Shown here: positions 10,404 to 19,437 of the stretch, in pieces
Layout of the letters: every line of letters begins with the position of its first letter
Numbering within the stretch: position 1 is the stretch's first letter
Assembly: GCA_965201075.1 (NCBI GenBank)
Contig: CBDAVP010000002.1
Location: 62,001-126,000 of the forward strand
Source: Isosphaeraceae bacterium
GTDB taxonomy: Bacteria > Planctomycetota > Planctomycetia > Isosphaerales > Isosphaeraceae
Direction: 5' to 3'
DNA length: 64,000 nucleotides
Notes under the pieces: model-generated
What the model saw: the letters and a program-made list of their open reading frames with translations, nothing else
Told to the model about the DNA's origin: nothing
Databases searched by the model: none
Made by a program: the position numbers and the translations under genes

Positions 10404-10922
10404 TCAACGACGAGCCTCGCGGACCAGGTGAGGCAGTTCCGGTAGAATCAGTTGGTCCATCGCCAGTTCGACGGCGGCCCGCGACCCCGGCATCGCCAGA
10501 ACCACGAGCGATCCCACCAAGCCGCCGACGGCCCGACTCAGCATCGCGGCCGGGCCAATCTCGGCATAGCTCAACATCCGGAACAACTCGCCAAACCCGG
10601 GCAAAGTGCGAGTCAAAAGAGACGCGATCGTCTCGGCCGTCTGATCCCTCGACGCGATTCCCGTCCCGCCCGTCAACAGCAGGGCATCAAGATTGCCGAG
10701 TTCGACCAGCCTTGAGACAACGGCCCTCAAGAATTCAGGGTCGTCGGGTACCAGCGAACGGTCCCCAATCCGATGCCCGGCCGACTCCAAACGCTGAACG
10801 ATCAACGAACCCGAGGTATCGGTCTCCAGGGTCCGACTATCCGAGACCGTCACCACCGCCACGTTCAGGGCTTGGGGGGCGTCGGCCTGATGTTGACGTA
10901 CTCCGGCCGGCACTTCCGTCAT
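10404..10922 (-). CDS. moaB: MogA/MoaB molybdenum cofactor biosynthesis protein
   Basis: VVTVSDSR..ETDTSG, VPDD, TGGTGIASRDQT, LPGFGELFR, AMLSRA, MPGS. Confidence 0.92.
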   Translation of the reverse strand: MTEVPAGVRQHQADAPQALNVAVVTVSDSRTLETDTSGSLIVQRLESAGHRIGDRSLVPDDPEFLRAVVSRLVELGNLDALLLTGGTGIASRDQTAETIASLLTRTLPGFGELFRMLSYAEIGPAAMLSRAVGGLVGSLVVLAMPGSRAAVELAMDQLILPELPHLVREARR

Positions 10923-11089
10923 CGGGAGACCCTCGAACAAGCTGCGTGGATCACCCAGATCGCCAAATGGCGGGTAGCCACGGACGCGGATTGGCGGGGC
11001 GACCGGATCTCGCCTAGAATACAGCGGGTCGCGACCGGTCTCGACTGGGCTAAGGAACCGGGACCGATCGAGTCAAGGAGGTGGCGGTC

Positions 11090-12424
11090 ATGAGTAAGTC
11101 CTGCCGGCGGGCGTGGCTCGGACTCATGCTCGCCATTCTAGGTGGGCTGACAGCTGGTAGCCAGGCGTGGGCCGACCGCATAGTCCTTCGTGGTGGGGGC
11201 GAGCTGCGAGGCAAGATTGTGCCCGCGCCCGATCGCCCCGAGAAGATGATGGTCCAGACGGAAAAGGGCAAGGCCCCGACGGCGTTCGAGCCTGGCGCGA
11301 TCCTCAAGATCATCCCGGTCTCCGGGCCGCTCGATGAGTATTTTGAGCGTCGAAACCAAATCGAGCCGACGGCCGAGGCGGAATTCGCCCTGGCCCGCTG
11401 GTGTGAATCGGCCGGGCTGACCGGATTGGCCGATGGGCATTATCGGCGGACTGTCGAACTCGACCCGGAACATGCGTCGGCCCACAAAAAACTTGGTCAT
11501 GTCGAGCAACAGGGACAGTGGATGACTCCCGACGAGGCTCGGCAAGCCCAGGGGTTGGTCAAGGCGAAGGGAAAATGGGTGCTTCCCGAGGAGAAGGCCC
11601 GGCAAGACTCTCGGGCCGCGTTTTCGACCGAACAGGCGTCGTGGGCACGGCGGATCAAGGTCTTGCGGCAAGCCTTGTTTTCGGAGAAGCCCGAGGTCCA
11701 TCGCTCCGCCGAGCGACAGTTCCTCGCCATCCAGGAACCGGCCGCTGCCTGGCCGATCGCCCGGGCCTTCGCTCAAGACGAGGAAGATGCGCGCCGCCTT
11801 GCGCACAAGGTCGTGGCGGGCATCCCTGGGCCCGAGTCGCTGGGCGTTCTGGTCGACCGAAGTCTGGGAGATCAGGACGGCGGCTTGCGTCGCGAGGCCA
11901 TCAATCTCGTCGCCCATCGCGAGGACGTCGAGGCGGGCGTGGCTCTCTATGTTCGAGCCTTGCGTCACAAGAACCCCGTGGTGGCTGGCCATGCCGCTCA
12001 GGCGCTCGCGGGTCTCGACTCGTTTCCCAGCGTGCCGAAACTGATCGCTCCCCTGGTGACCGTCCAGCAGCAGGTGGTTGACGTGATCCCGGGCGCATCG
12101 GCACCTTCGGGGCCAACGTTCATTTCCGGCGGCGGGCCGTCGGTCGGCGTCATCACCGGAATCGCCGCCGGACCGGGCGCGATCGGCTTCGGGGCGGTCG
12201 GCGTGCCAGTCTTCTCCGGCGTGGCGATCGGCGGAGGGGTCGCGGCTCCCCGTCTCCCTGAACCGCGACTCGTTCAATATCTTTACAACAACCAGGACGT
12301 GCTTGAGGCCCTGGTGAAACTGACCGGGGTGAATTTCGGCTACGACCAGGACGCCTGGAAACGCTGGATCGCCACCTCATTCCAGGTTGGGGACGGGCCA
12401 AAACGTCGTATCCCCCAACCTTGA
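11090..12424 (+). CDS. Exported HEAT-repeat protein (planctomycete type)
   Basis: AAGGAGG RBS; signal peptide ending AWA-DRI; LARWC...GL / AHKKLGH motif, then HEAT-like helical repeats. Confidence 0.7.
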   Translation: MSKSCRRAWLGLMLAILGGLTAGSQAWADRIVLRGGGELRGKIVPAPDRPEKMMVQTEKGKAPTAFEPGAILKIIPVSGPLDEYFERRNQIEPTAEAEFALARWCESAGLTGLADGHYRRTVELDPEHASAHKKLGHVEQQGQWMTPDEARQAQGLVKAKGKWVLPEEKARQDSRAAFSTEQASWARRIKVLRQALFSEKPEVHRSAERQFLAIQEPAAAWPIARAFAQDEEDARRLAHKVVAGIPGPESLGVLVDRSLGDQDGGLRREAINLVAHREDVEAGVALYVRALRHKNPVVAGHAAQALAGLDSFPSVPKLIAPLVTVQQQVVDVIPGASAPSGPTFISGGGPSVGVITGIAAGPGAIGFGAVGVPVFSGVAIGGGVAAPRLPEPRLVQYLYNNQDVLEALVKLTGVNFGYDQDAWKRWIATSFQVGDGPKRRIPQP

Positions 12425-12461
12425 AGCCTTTTCCCAGACTTCCCGTGGCCGAGGCGGATTC

Positions 12462-13355
12462 ATGGACGAATCAATGACCCCCGAGGTTCGTGCTCGACTG
12501 GCACGAGCGCTTCGCCACCATCTCCAGGCGCTAGCCAGAGCCGGGATTGACCGCATCCCCTGCCCCGAACTCCCAGCTCGGAAACCGCCCAGCCCGAAAC
12601 CACGTCCGGTCCGCGAAGCGCTCCCCCAGCCCTCACCGAGAGAAGCACCAGCGACTCGCCCCGCCCCGATCCCCGCGCCGCCGCTCGTCCGGGCCTCGTC
12701 GCCGACCCCGGTCTTGCCGGCTTCCCTCTTCGAGGACGCGGGCCCGTCGGTGGATGCGATCCCGGCCGAGCAGAGGCCCGCACTGTTGCAGGCCCTCGCC
12801 GCCGAGGTTGCAAACTGCGTCCGCTGCCCGCATCTGGCGGCGAGCCGTACCCAGACGGTCTTCGGCGAAGGGTCGCCAACCGCCCGACTCATGTTCATTG
12901 GCGAAGCCCCCGGAGAGACCGAGGATCAAACCGGTCGACCGTTCGTCGGCCGCGCCGGACAACTCCTTGATGACATGATCACCAAGGGAATGGGCCTATC
13001 GCGTGAGGATGTCTACATTGCCAACATCCTGAAATCGCGACCCCCCAACAACCGCGACCCGCTGCCCGACGAGGTTCGCAACTGCTTACCCTACCTCGAC
13101 CGCCAGATCGCGATTGTCCGGCCAACGTATCTCTGCATCCTGGGCAAGCCGGCAGCCTCGGCTCTTCTGGAAACCTCGCTGCCCCTCGGTCGCTTGAGAG
13201 GGAAATGGCACAAGGTGCGTGGCATATCCACCATCGTCACGTACCACCCTGCCTACCTCCTCCGCAACCCCGCGGGTAAGAAGGATTCCTGGGAAGACCT
13301 CAAACTCCTGATGAAGGCCATGCGGATCACCCCGCCAAGCCGAAAAACATCCTGA
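12462..13355 (+). CDS. Uracil-DNA glycosylase, family 4
   Basis: Cxx[46 protein letters not shown]; Pro-rich N-terminal extension. Confidence 0.92.
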   Translation: MDESMTPEVRARLARALRHHLQALARAGIDRIPCPELPARKPPSPKPRPVREALPQPSPREAPATRPAPIPAPPLVRASSPTPVLPASLFEDAGPSVDAIPAEQRPALLQALAAEVANCVRCPHLAASRTQTVFGEGSPTARLMFIGEAPGETEDQTGRPFVGRAGQLLDDMITKGMGLSREDVYIANILKSRPPNNRDPLPDEVRNCLPYLDRQIAIVRPTYLCILGKPAASALLETSLPLGRLRGKWHKVRGISTIVTYHPAYLLRNPAGKKDSWEDLKLLMKAMRITPPSRKTS

Positions 13356-13364
13356 ACGGCTCGA

Positions 13365-14840
13365 CTACTCCACGGGGACCAGCCGTCGCAAGGTCTCCTG
13401 AATTTCGCGAAGTTTCAAGGGCTTGGCCAGAACGTGGAGCTTCTCACCCGCGGGCAGATTCCCGGACTGTTCGGCATGGCGGGGGCCGATCAATACCAAG
13501 GTCAGGGGATCACGACCATCGGCCAGGGCGGACTTTCGGAAGTTCAGAAAGGTTTCGATGCCGTTGGGGCCAATGCCGTCGGCGTCGAAGAGGACGGCGT
13601 CGGGCAGAACTTCGCGAATCTGCCGGGCCGCGGCCTCGACGTTCCCGGCCAGGTGGACCCGATATCCCATCCCCTTCAACGCCCGGTCCATTGCTTCGCG
13701 GGCCGCTTCCTGCCCCTCGACGCACAGGATGAGCTTGGCTTCGTCCACTTCCTCGGGCGAGAAGCCGACGCTGAGGTCAACCTCTTCCTCCGAAGTCGGT
13801 TCGAGCGTCGGGGCGCTGGCGACGTCGTTCGAGGCGTTGGCCTGGTAGGCTTCGAGATCCGCGACGACCGAGTCCATGGTCTGGTAGCGGGCCTTCAGGT
13901 CGACCCTCATCATTCGCTCGATAATGGTCGAGAGGCCAATCGGCGGCGCGTGGTGGTGTTCGCTGAGCGGCTTGATGGCGTTGATGCTCCGTTTGAGCAT
14001 CTTGACCAGCAAGTCCTTGCTGTCGGCCTCCGGCATCGGGTTCTGACCCGAGATCATCTGATAATAAACGCAGCCCATGAAGAAGATGTCGGAGCGAGGA
14101 TCCCCCTTGGCGCTGCCGCAGGTGCGTTCCAGGTTGGAGTAATCGACAGTGCGTTGGCCATGAACGCCCGATTTCTTGTCGTCACCTTCGATCGTGGCCA
14201 GACCGAAGTCGACGAGCTTGGCCACGCCATTGGAGGCGATCAGGATGTTCGAGGGCTTCAGGTCGCGGTGAGTGACCCCCTTGGCCAGGGAATATTGCAG
14301 CCCCCGAGCCAGGCCCATCATCAACGGCAAGGCCTCGCCGGGTTTGAGCCGGTTGCGGAACCGGAGAAAGTCGCGGAGGTTCGACCCCTCGACGTACTCC
14401 ATCGTCATGTAGTGACGGCGGTCTTGCTCGCCGTAGTCGAAGATCCGCACGATGTTCGGGTGGGCGATTCGTAGGCCGGCCTCGGCCTCCTTGTTGAACC
14501 GCAAGATCGAGTCGCGGTCGCTCACGAATCGCTGACGCAGCACCTTGACGGCGACCGACTGCTTTCCCGACTGCTTCCTCCCGCGGTAAACGCGGGCAAA
14601 AGTCCCCTCGGCGAGGTGAAATAACACCACGCAATCGCCGAAAAAGAAGCCCTGGGTCTCCCCCTTCTTCAACTTGTCGAATTGCCAGCTGGTCAGGGCC
14701 TGCTTGCGGATCAGGACCCGGCCCAGCTCCTCGATCGAGCCGTCCCGGGCGTCGCGGATCGCGTCGCTGGCTTGCTCGCGGGTGATCAAGCCGATCAAGA
14801 CCGCCTGATCGGCGACGGACTGGGCGTCGAAATCGGCCAT
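13365..14840 (-). CDS. Ser/Thr protein kinase with C-terminal receiver-like domain
   Basis: VAVKVL, HPNIV, HRDLKPSN, DFGLA, DPRSDIF; C-terminal PDAVLFD...LAKP receiver pattern. Confidence 0.88.
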   Translation of the reverse strand: MADFDAQSVADQAVLIGLITREQASDAIRDARDGSIEELGRVLIRKQALTSWQFDKLKKGETQGFFFGDCVVLFHLAEGTFARVYRGRKQSGKQSVAVKVLRQRFVSDRDSILRFNKEAEAGLRIAHPNIVRIFDYGEQDRRHYMTMEYVEGSNLRDFLRFRNRLKPGEALPLMMGLARGLQYSLAKGVTHRDLKPSNILIASNGVAKLVDFGLATIEGDDKKSGVHGQRTVDYSNLERTCGSAKGDPRSDIFFMGCVYYQMISGQNPMPEADSKDLLVKMLKRSINAIKPLSEHHHAPPIGLSTIIERMMRVDLKARYQTMDSVVADLEAYQANASNDVASAPTLEPTSEEEVDLSVGFSPEEVDEAKLILCVEGQEAAREAMDRALKGMGYRVHLAGNVEAAARQIREVLPDAVLFDADGIGPNGIETFLNFRKSALADGRDPLTLVLIGPRHAEQSGNLPAGEKLHVLAKPLKLREIQETLRRLVPVE

Positions 14841-15072
14841 GGACAGACCTGATGGCGGGCGACAGGACTGAGCGATGCGTCAGACCGGATGGCCCCACGC
14901 CCCTGGCGAGGATAGCAAGCGGCCCGCCCGGTCGCCAGAGCCCGGCCCACCTTGATCCAGAAACCAACAAACCTCGGCGGTCTGGCCAGGGGCCGGACCG
15001 TCGAGGTAAGTGTTTTCAAGGGGCGATGTTCACGAACGGCAACCTATCGGCATCCGTTCGCGTAGGAACCGT

Positions 15073-15552
15073 TCAATAACGGCCGCCACCGCCACCGCCA
15101 CCATAGCCACCGCTGCCGCCGCTGCTACCACCGTAGCCGCCTCGGCCGCCGCCGCCGCCGCTACCACCGTAGCCGCCCCGGCCGCCGCCGCCGCCGCCGC
15201 CACCGTAGCCGCCGCCGCTACCGCCGCCACCATAGCCGCCTCGGCCACCGCCGCCGCCGCCGCCGTAGCCGCCCCGGCCACCGCCGCCACCGCCGCCACG
15301 ATCCTCACGAGGACGAGCTTCATTGACCGTCAGGTTCCGACCGCGGAAATCCTGACCGTTCAAGGAATTCGCCGCCTCGTCGGCCGCCTGACCGTCGGCC
15401 ATCTCGACGAAGCCGAATCCCTTGGATCGGTTCGTGTCGCGGTCGATGATGATCTGAGCCGAGAGAACCTCGCCGAACTCCTGGAACAACTCAACCAGAT
15501 TGTCTTCTGTCGTGTCGTAGGTCAGGTTGCCTACATAGAGCTTCTTGGCCAC
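15073..15552 (-). CDS. RRM RNA-binding protein with Gly/Arg/Tyr-rich tail
   Basis: RNP2 LYVGNL, RNP1 KGFGFVEM, LTVNEARPRE, then repeated GGRGGYGGG. Confidence 0.95.
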   Translation of the reverse strand: MAKKLYVGNLTYDTTEDNLVELFQEFGEVLSAQIIIDRDTNRSKGFGFVEMADGQAADEAANSLNGQDFRGRNLTVNEARPREDRGGGGGGGRGGYGGGGGGGRGGYGGGGSGGGYGGGGGGGGRGGYGGSGGGGGRGGYGGSSGGSGGYGGGGGGGRY

Positions 15553-15757
15553 TTGCGATTCCTCTGCGAAATAAGCGTTCTGGCGAGGCTAGCGTCCTGA
15601 CGGCTAAGGGGAACCCGCCGAGAGCGGCTGATATTAGCCTAACGACTCTCACGGATTTGAACAGCATAAATCGAGGGAAATTTCCGAGTTTCCTTCCCGG
15701 ACCTTTCCACCGCATCGAAGCCGTGTTCCAAACCCGGGTTACGTACATCAAACAGGG

Positions 15758-17095
15758 TCATACGAGTGGTCTTTCGCGAGGAATTTGGTCCTTGGCGACG
15801 AAATCAAGCGGAGAAATCTCCCCCCCGTCCCGCTCCCGAGGCGTCGCGAAGCCACTCGCTCCAGGAACCGTGGGGCTTGCCGGAGGCCGACTTCGCCATC
15901 CCCTGGGCATGATCCCGAGGGCCGCGAGCAGGGCGATCGCCGGCACGACGGGCGCTCGCATCCTCATGTCGCTCCAATACACCGAGTGAACCAGCGTCAG
16001 CCCCAGCGGAAAAAGGACCGTCGCCACCAACGGCCAGGTCCAGGCCGATCGATGACTGAGACCCGCAAGCAGCAGAAGCCAGAGGGGAATCGTCCAGGCC
16101 GCCGTCAACAGCCGGATCTTGCGATCATAAACGGCCGCCGAGGGAGCCGGCGCCCAGAACCGTCGCAGCCGGGCAAGACTCGCCTTCAGGAATGTACCGG
16201 GTTGGGAGCGGACCAATCGAAGGGCCGACTCCTGGAGCCGGCGGTCGGCCTCGATCTCGTTCAAACCCGACGTCTCCCGGGCAATCTCTCGCCACCAGGC
16301 CGCCTGGCCGGGGCCTCCCCAAACCGCGCCGGGTGGACCTTCGACGACCTCCGCGTAATACACGGGGTTGTTCGCGAGAGCCAGGGTATAGCCGCCATGA
16401 GTCGTACCCCAAAGCGGCTGGCCGAAGACGACGAAGTTGCGGCAAGCCCAGGGGGCGATAACGACAAGTGCCATCATCCCCAGGGCCAGCATCCGCCGAG
16501 GCCGCGTCCCGACCGGGCCCGGCCCCTCCAGGCCGGCTCCCAGGACGATCAATCCCGCGCAAGGAAGAAAGCTGGGCCGGCAGAGCGACAGCAGACCAAG
16601 CCCCAGCCCACCCGAGAGCCAGGGCCGAGGTCCGGCGAGGGCGGCCAGGGTCGCGGCCACAAGGAAGGCCGCCAGGGTTTCGGTCATCACGAGTCGACTC
16701 TGTGCGACCAGGACCGGGTCAAGGGCCACGATCGCCCCCGCCAAGCCCATACGCCCGGCCGGCAGGCCCCAGCGACTCGCCGTCAAAACGGTCAAGGCGA
16801 CCGTCCCCCATCCCAGGACCAGGTGGAGCGTAAAGATCGCTCGGGGATCGCCGACCCACCCCGCCGCGGCGAGCGGAGCCAGCACCAGCGGATACAGGGG
16901 GGGGCGAAACGCGGTCGGACGCCCATCCACGGCGAACGATCGATCCTGGGCCAGCGAGCGGGCCAGGTCGAGATAGCGATCCGGGTCGACGGGCGGCTCA
17001 CGCCAGGACGGGACCATCACCGCGAGTCGGGCGACCGTGGCCAGGACCAGCACCCCCGCCAGAATCGCGAGGGTGAGACCGCGGCTCAGATCCAT
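15758..17095 (-). CDS. GT39/ArnT-like membrane glycosyltransferase
   Basis: D...Y..LA, TAFRPPLYPL.LA, MTETLAAFL, L.RP, PW..RN; many TM segments. Confidence 0.75.
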   Translation of the reverse strand: MDLSRGLTLAILAGVLVLATVARLAVMVPSWREPPVDPDRYLDLARSLAQDRSFAVDGRPTAFRPPLYPLVLAPLAAAGWVGDPRAIFTLHLVLGWGTVALTVLTASRWGLPAGRMGLAGAIVALDPVLVAQSRLVMTETLAAFLVAATLAALAGPRPWLSGGLGLGLLSLCRPSFLPCAGLIVLGAGLEGPGPVGTRPRRMLALGMMALVVIAPWACRNFVVFGQPLWGTTHGGYTLALANNPVYYAEVVEGPPGAVWGGPGQAAWWREIARETSGLNEIEADRRLQESALRLVRSQPGTFLKASLARLRRFWAPAPSAAVYDRKIRLLTAAWTIPLWLLLLAGLSHRSAWTWPLVATVLFPLGLTLVHSVYWSDMRMRAPVVPAIALLAALGIMPRGWRSRPPASPTVPGASGFATPRERDGGEISPLDFVAKDQIPRERPLV

Positions 17096-18036
17096 CGCCG
17101 CAGGAGCCTCGGCAGCGAGGGCGCGATCCCCATGCCCATCCCGATGAGCAAACCCCCCACATGGGCGGCGTTCGCCACCCGGCCCACCATCCCCACCGCG
17201 CAGAGGACCAACCAGGCCAGCATGAACCGAACCGTCGCTTCGCGGACGTGCAAGCCCGAGGTCGCGTCATACCGGCCTCGCATCCAGGCGAACCCCAGCA
17301 GCGCGTAATCCACCCCCGACATCCCGCCAAACGACGTCCCGGGGGCCGACCAGAAATACTCGGCCAGGTTGGAGCCCACCGCGGACAGCAGCACGATTCC
17401 CGCGAGGCGGGCGGTCCCCCGTCGAGACTCGATCAGCCCACCCAGGTCGTAGAGAACCAGCATGTTGAAGGCCAGGTGCATCGGCCCAAAATGAACAAAA
17501 ATCGGCGTCAGCAGTCGCCAAACTTCCCCGGAACGGACAAGGGCCAGGCCGTCCCCTAGCAGAACGTGGGGCTCGACCCTCCCAGCGTCGCCCCCTTCCA
17601 GGATCTGGATCAGGATGCCCTTGGGGAGCAAAAGCTTCTGGAGCGAGTCCAGGTCTTCGCCAATGTGGGATTGGGCCCCGACCAGGCAGCTCGCGGCGAT
17701 CAGGGCCAGAGTCAGCGGCCGTCGTCCGGTCGCCCGGCCGTCCCAGCGACCGTCCAGGGGGATCGAATTCTTGGAATGGGCGCGTTCCTGCCGTTCCGCC
17801 TCGCGTCGGCGGGCCTGGGCGGTCGCCTCCACCCCCCGGTAGCGTTCATCCTGGGGATCGTCGAGGAAGGCGCGAAGCTCTCGGCGACCCTCCTCGACCT
17901 GCTCCTCGCGATGGACCCAAACGGCCGACCCGTCAAGGCCCGGAGCATCCACCCGGGTCGTGATGTCGAGGGTCAGCAGGTAGTCGGCCAGCCGTCTCGC
18001 GTCCTTCTCGTCGGGGACCGTCCCGATCTGGCGCAT
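17086..18036 (-). CDS. glpG: Rhomboid family intramembrane serine protease (GlpG-like)
   Basis: WRLLTPIFVHFG..HLAFN, FGGMSG catalytic Ser, NAAHVGG catalytic His; N-terminal soluble domain. Confidence 0.9.
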   Translation of the reverse strand: MRQIGTVPDEKDARRLADYLLTLDITTRVDAPGLDGSAVWVHREEQVEEGRRELRAFLDDPQDERYRGVEATAQARRREAERQERAHSKNSIPLDGRWDGRATGRRPLTLALIAASCLVGAQSHIGEDLDSLQKLLLPKGILIQILEGGDAGRVEPHVLLGDGLALVRSGEVWRLLTPIFVHFGPMHLAFNMLVLYDLGGLIESRRGTARLAGIVLLSAVGSNLAEYFWSAPGTSFGGMSGVDYALLGFAWMRGRYDATSGLHVREATVRFMLAWLVLCAVGMVGRVANAAHVGGLLIGMGMGIAPSLPRLLRRWI

Positions 18037-18187
18037 CGATAGCCTCGGAGGGTACTCACTCGCGCCCGACCGCCCGCCGGGCCGAACCCATGCTACACCG
18101 TCAGGGTCCGATTATGGTAGCTTCCGGCCGCCCTCCCAAAGCCCGGGCGCGGTCCACACGAACGCGAGTTGGAGAGAACTCAGCCCC

Positions 18188-19192
18188 ATGGCGGAACGGC
18201 CGATCATCTTGAGCACGACCCAGATGCACGAGGACGGGCTAGAAATTCTCCGGGCGGCGGGGGAACTGCGCATGGCCACCTCAACCCGTCCCGCCGACCT
18301 GCGCCTCGAAATCGCCGAGGCCGACGCCCTGGTCGTCCGCACGGCGGGCCGCTACGACGCCGAGTTGATGGACCAGGCCCCGAGGCTCAAAGTCATCGGC
18401 CGGCACGGGGTCGGGTACGATCACATCGACGTCAAGGCGGCCACCGCCCGGGGAATCCTGGTCGTGACAACGCCGGGGGCCAACACCGAAAGTGTCTGCC
18501 AGCACGCCTTTGGGTTCATGATCGGCCTGTCCAAACACTTCCCCCAGGTCATGGCCGCCCTGGCCGCTGGCGACTATGAATCGCGCACCCGCTACATCGG
18601 CCGAGACCTGACCGGGCGAACGCTCGGAATCGTCGGCTTCGGCCGGATCGGCCGGAGGGTCGGCGACGTCGCCCGCAACGCCTTCGGCATGAAGGTCCTG
18701 TACAACGATATCGTCGCCGCCCCGCCCGATGTCGAGGCCCTCGCGGGGGCCAGGCGCGTGGACCTGGACGAACTCCTGCGTGAGTCGGAGTACGTGACAC
18801 TGCACGTCCCCCTCGACGAATCCACCTACCGGTTGATGGACGCCGCGACGGTCGCGAAGTTGAGGCCCGACGCGATTCTGCTCAACACCTGCCGAGGTCC
18901 CGTGGTGGACGAAGCCGCGGTCGCCGCCGCTCTGGAAGCGAAGCGGATCTGGGGCTACGGGGCCGACGTCTTCGACATCGAGCCGCCCCCCTCCGACCAC
19001 CCGCTCATCGGACGGCCCGACGTCATGCTCACGCCTCATAGTTGCGCCGCGACGGCCGAAAGTCTGCGGAACATGGCCGTGGGCGTAGCCGAGGATGTCG
19101 CCGCCATCCTTCGCGGCGAACCATCGCGAGGCGCGGTGGACGACCCTGCCGAGGTCGCGGCCAATCGGCGGCGTCTCGGCAAGGACCATTGA
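18188..19192 (+). CDS. D-isomer-specific 2-hydroxyacid dehydrogenase (SerA-like, no ACT domain)
   Basis: RHGVGYDHID, GIVGFGRIG, LHVPL, N.CRG.VVDE, DVF..EPP, TPH. Confidence 0.92.
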   Translation: MAERPIILSTTQMHEDGLEILRAAGELRMATSTRPADLRLEIAEADALVVRTAGRYDAELMDQAPRLKVIGRHGVGYDHIDVKAATARGILVVTTPGANTESVCQHAFGFMIGLSKHFPQVMAALAAGDYESRTRYIGRDLTGRTLGIVGFGRIGRRVGDVARNAFGMKVLYNDIVAAPPDVEALAGARRVDLDELLRESEYVTLHVPLDESTYRLMDAATVAKLRPDAILLNTCRGPVVDEAAVAAALEAKRIWGYGADVFDIEPPPSDHPLIGRPDVMLTPHSCAATAESLRNMAVGVAEDVAAILRGEPSRGAVDDPAEVAANRRRLGKDH

Positions 19193-19437
19193 TGGGGAGA
19201 GGCCGTTCGCGGCACGGAACGAGTCGGCGAAGGCGAAATTCCCTCCCCCGGGATGTTAACTGCGAGCCACTCCCGGGAAATCGCCATGCGAGTGTTTCGC
19301 CCCCTGTCGAGGTTGGTCACGATTCGTGAATCAACCATGGTCTCAATGCGATTGTTCCAAAGTTGCACAGGAATATCTTGACCGACACGTCCGGGTGGTG
19401 ACAGCGCGATCTCGCGGGTTCGTGAAAACCGACGCGG

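Noticed and set aside
15010..15600. Poly-Ala ORFs on alternative frames
   Set aside because: Alternative readings of the GGC repeats coding the Gly tail of the RRM protein
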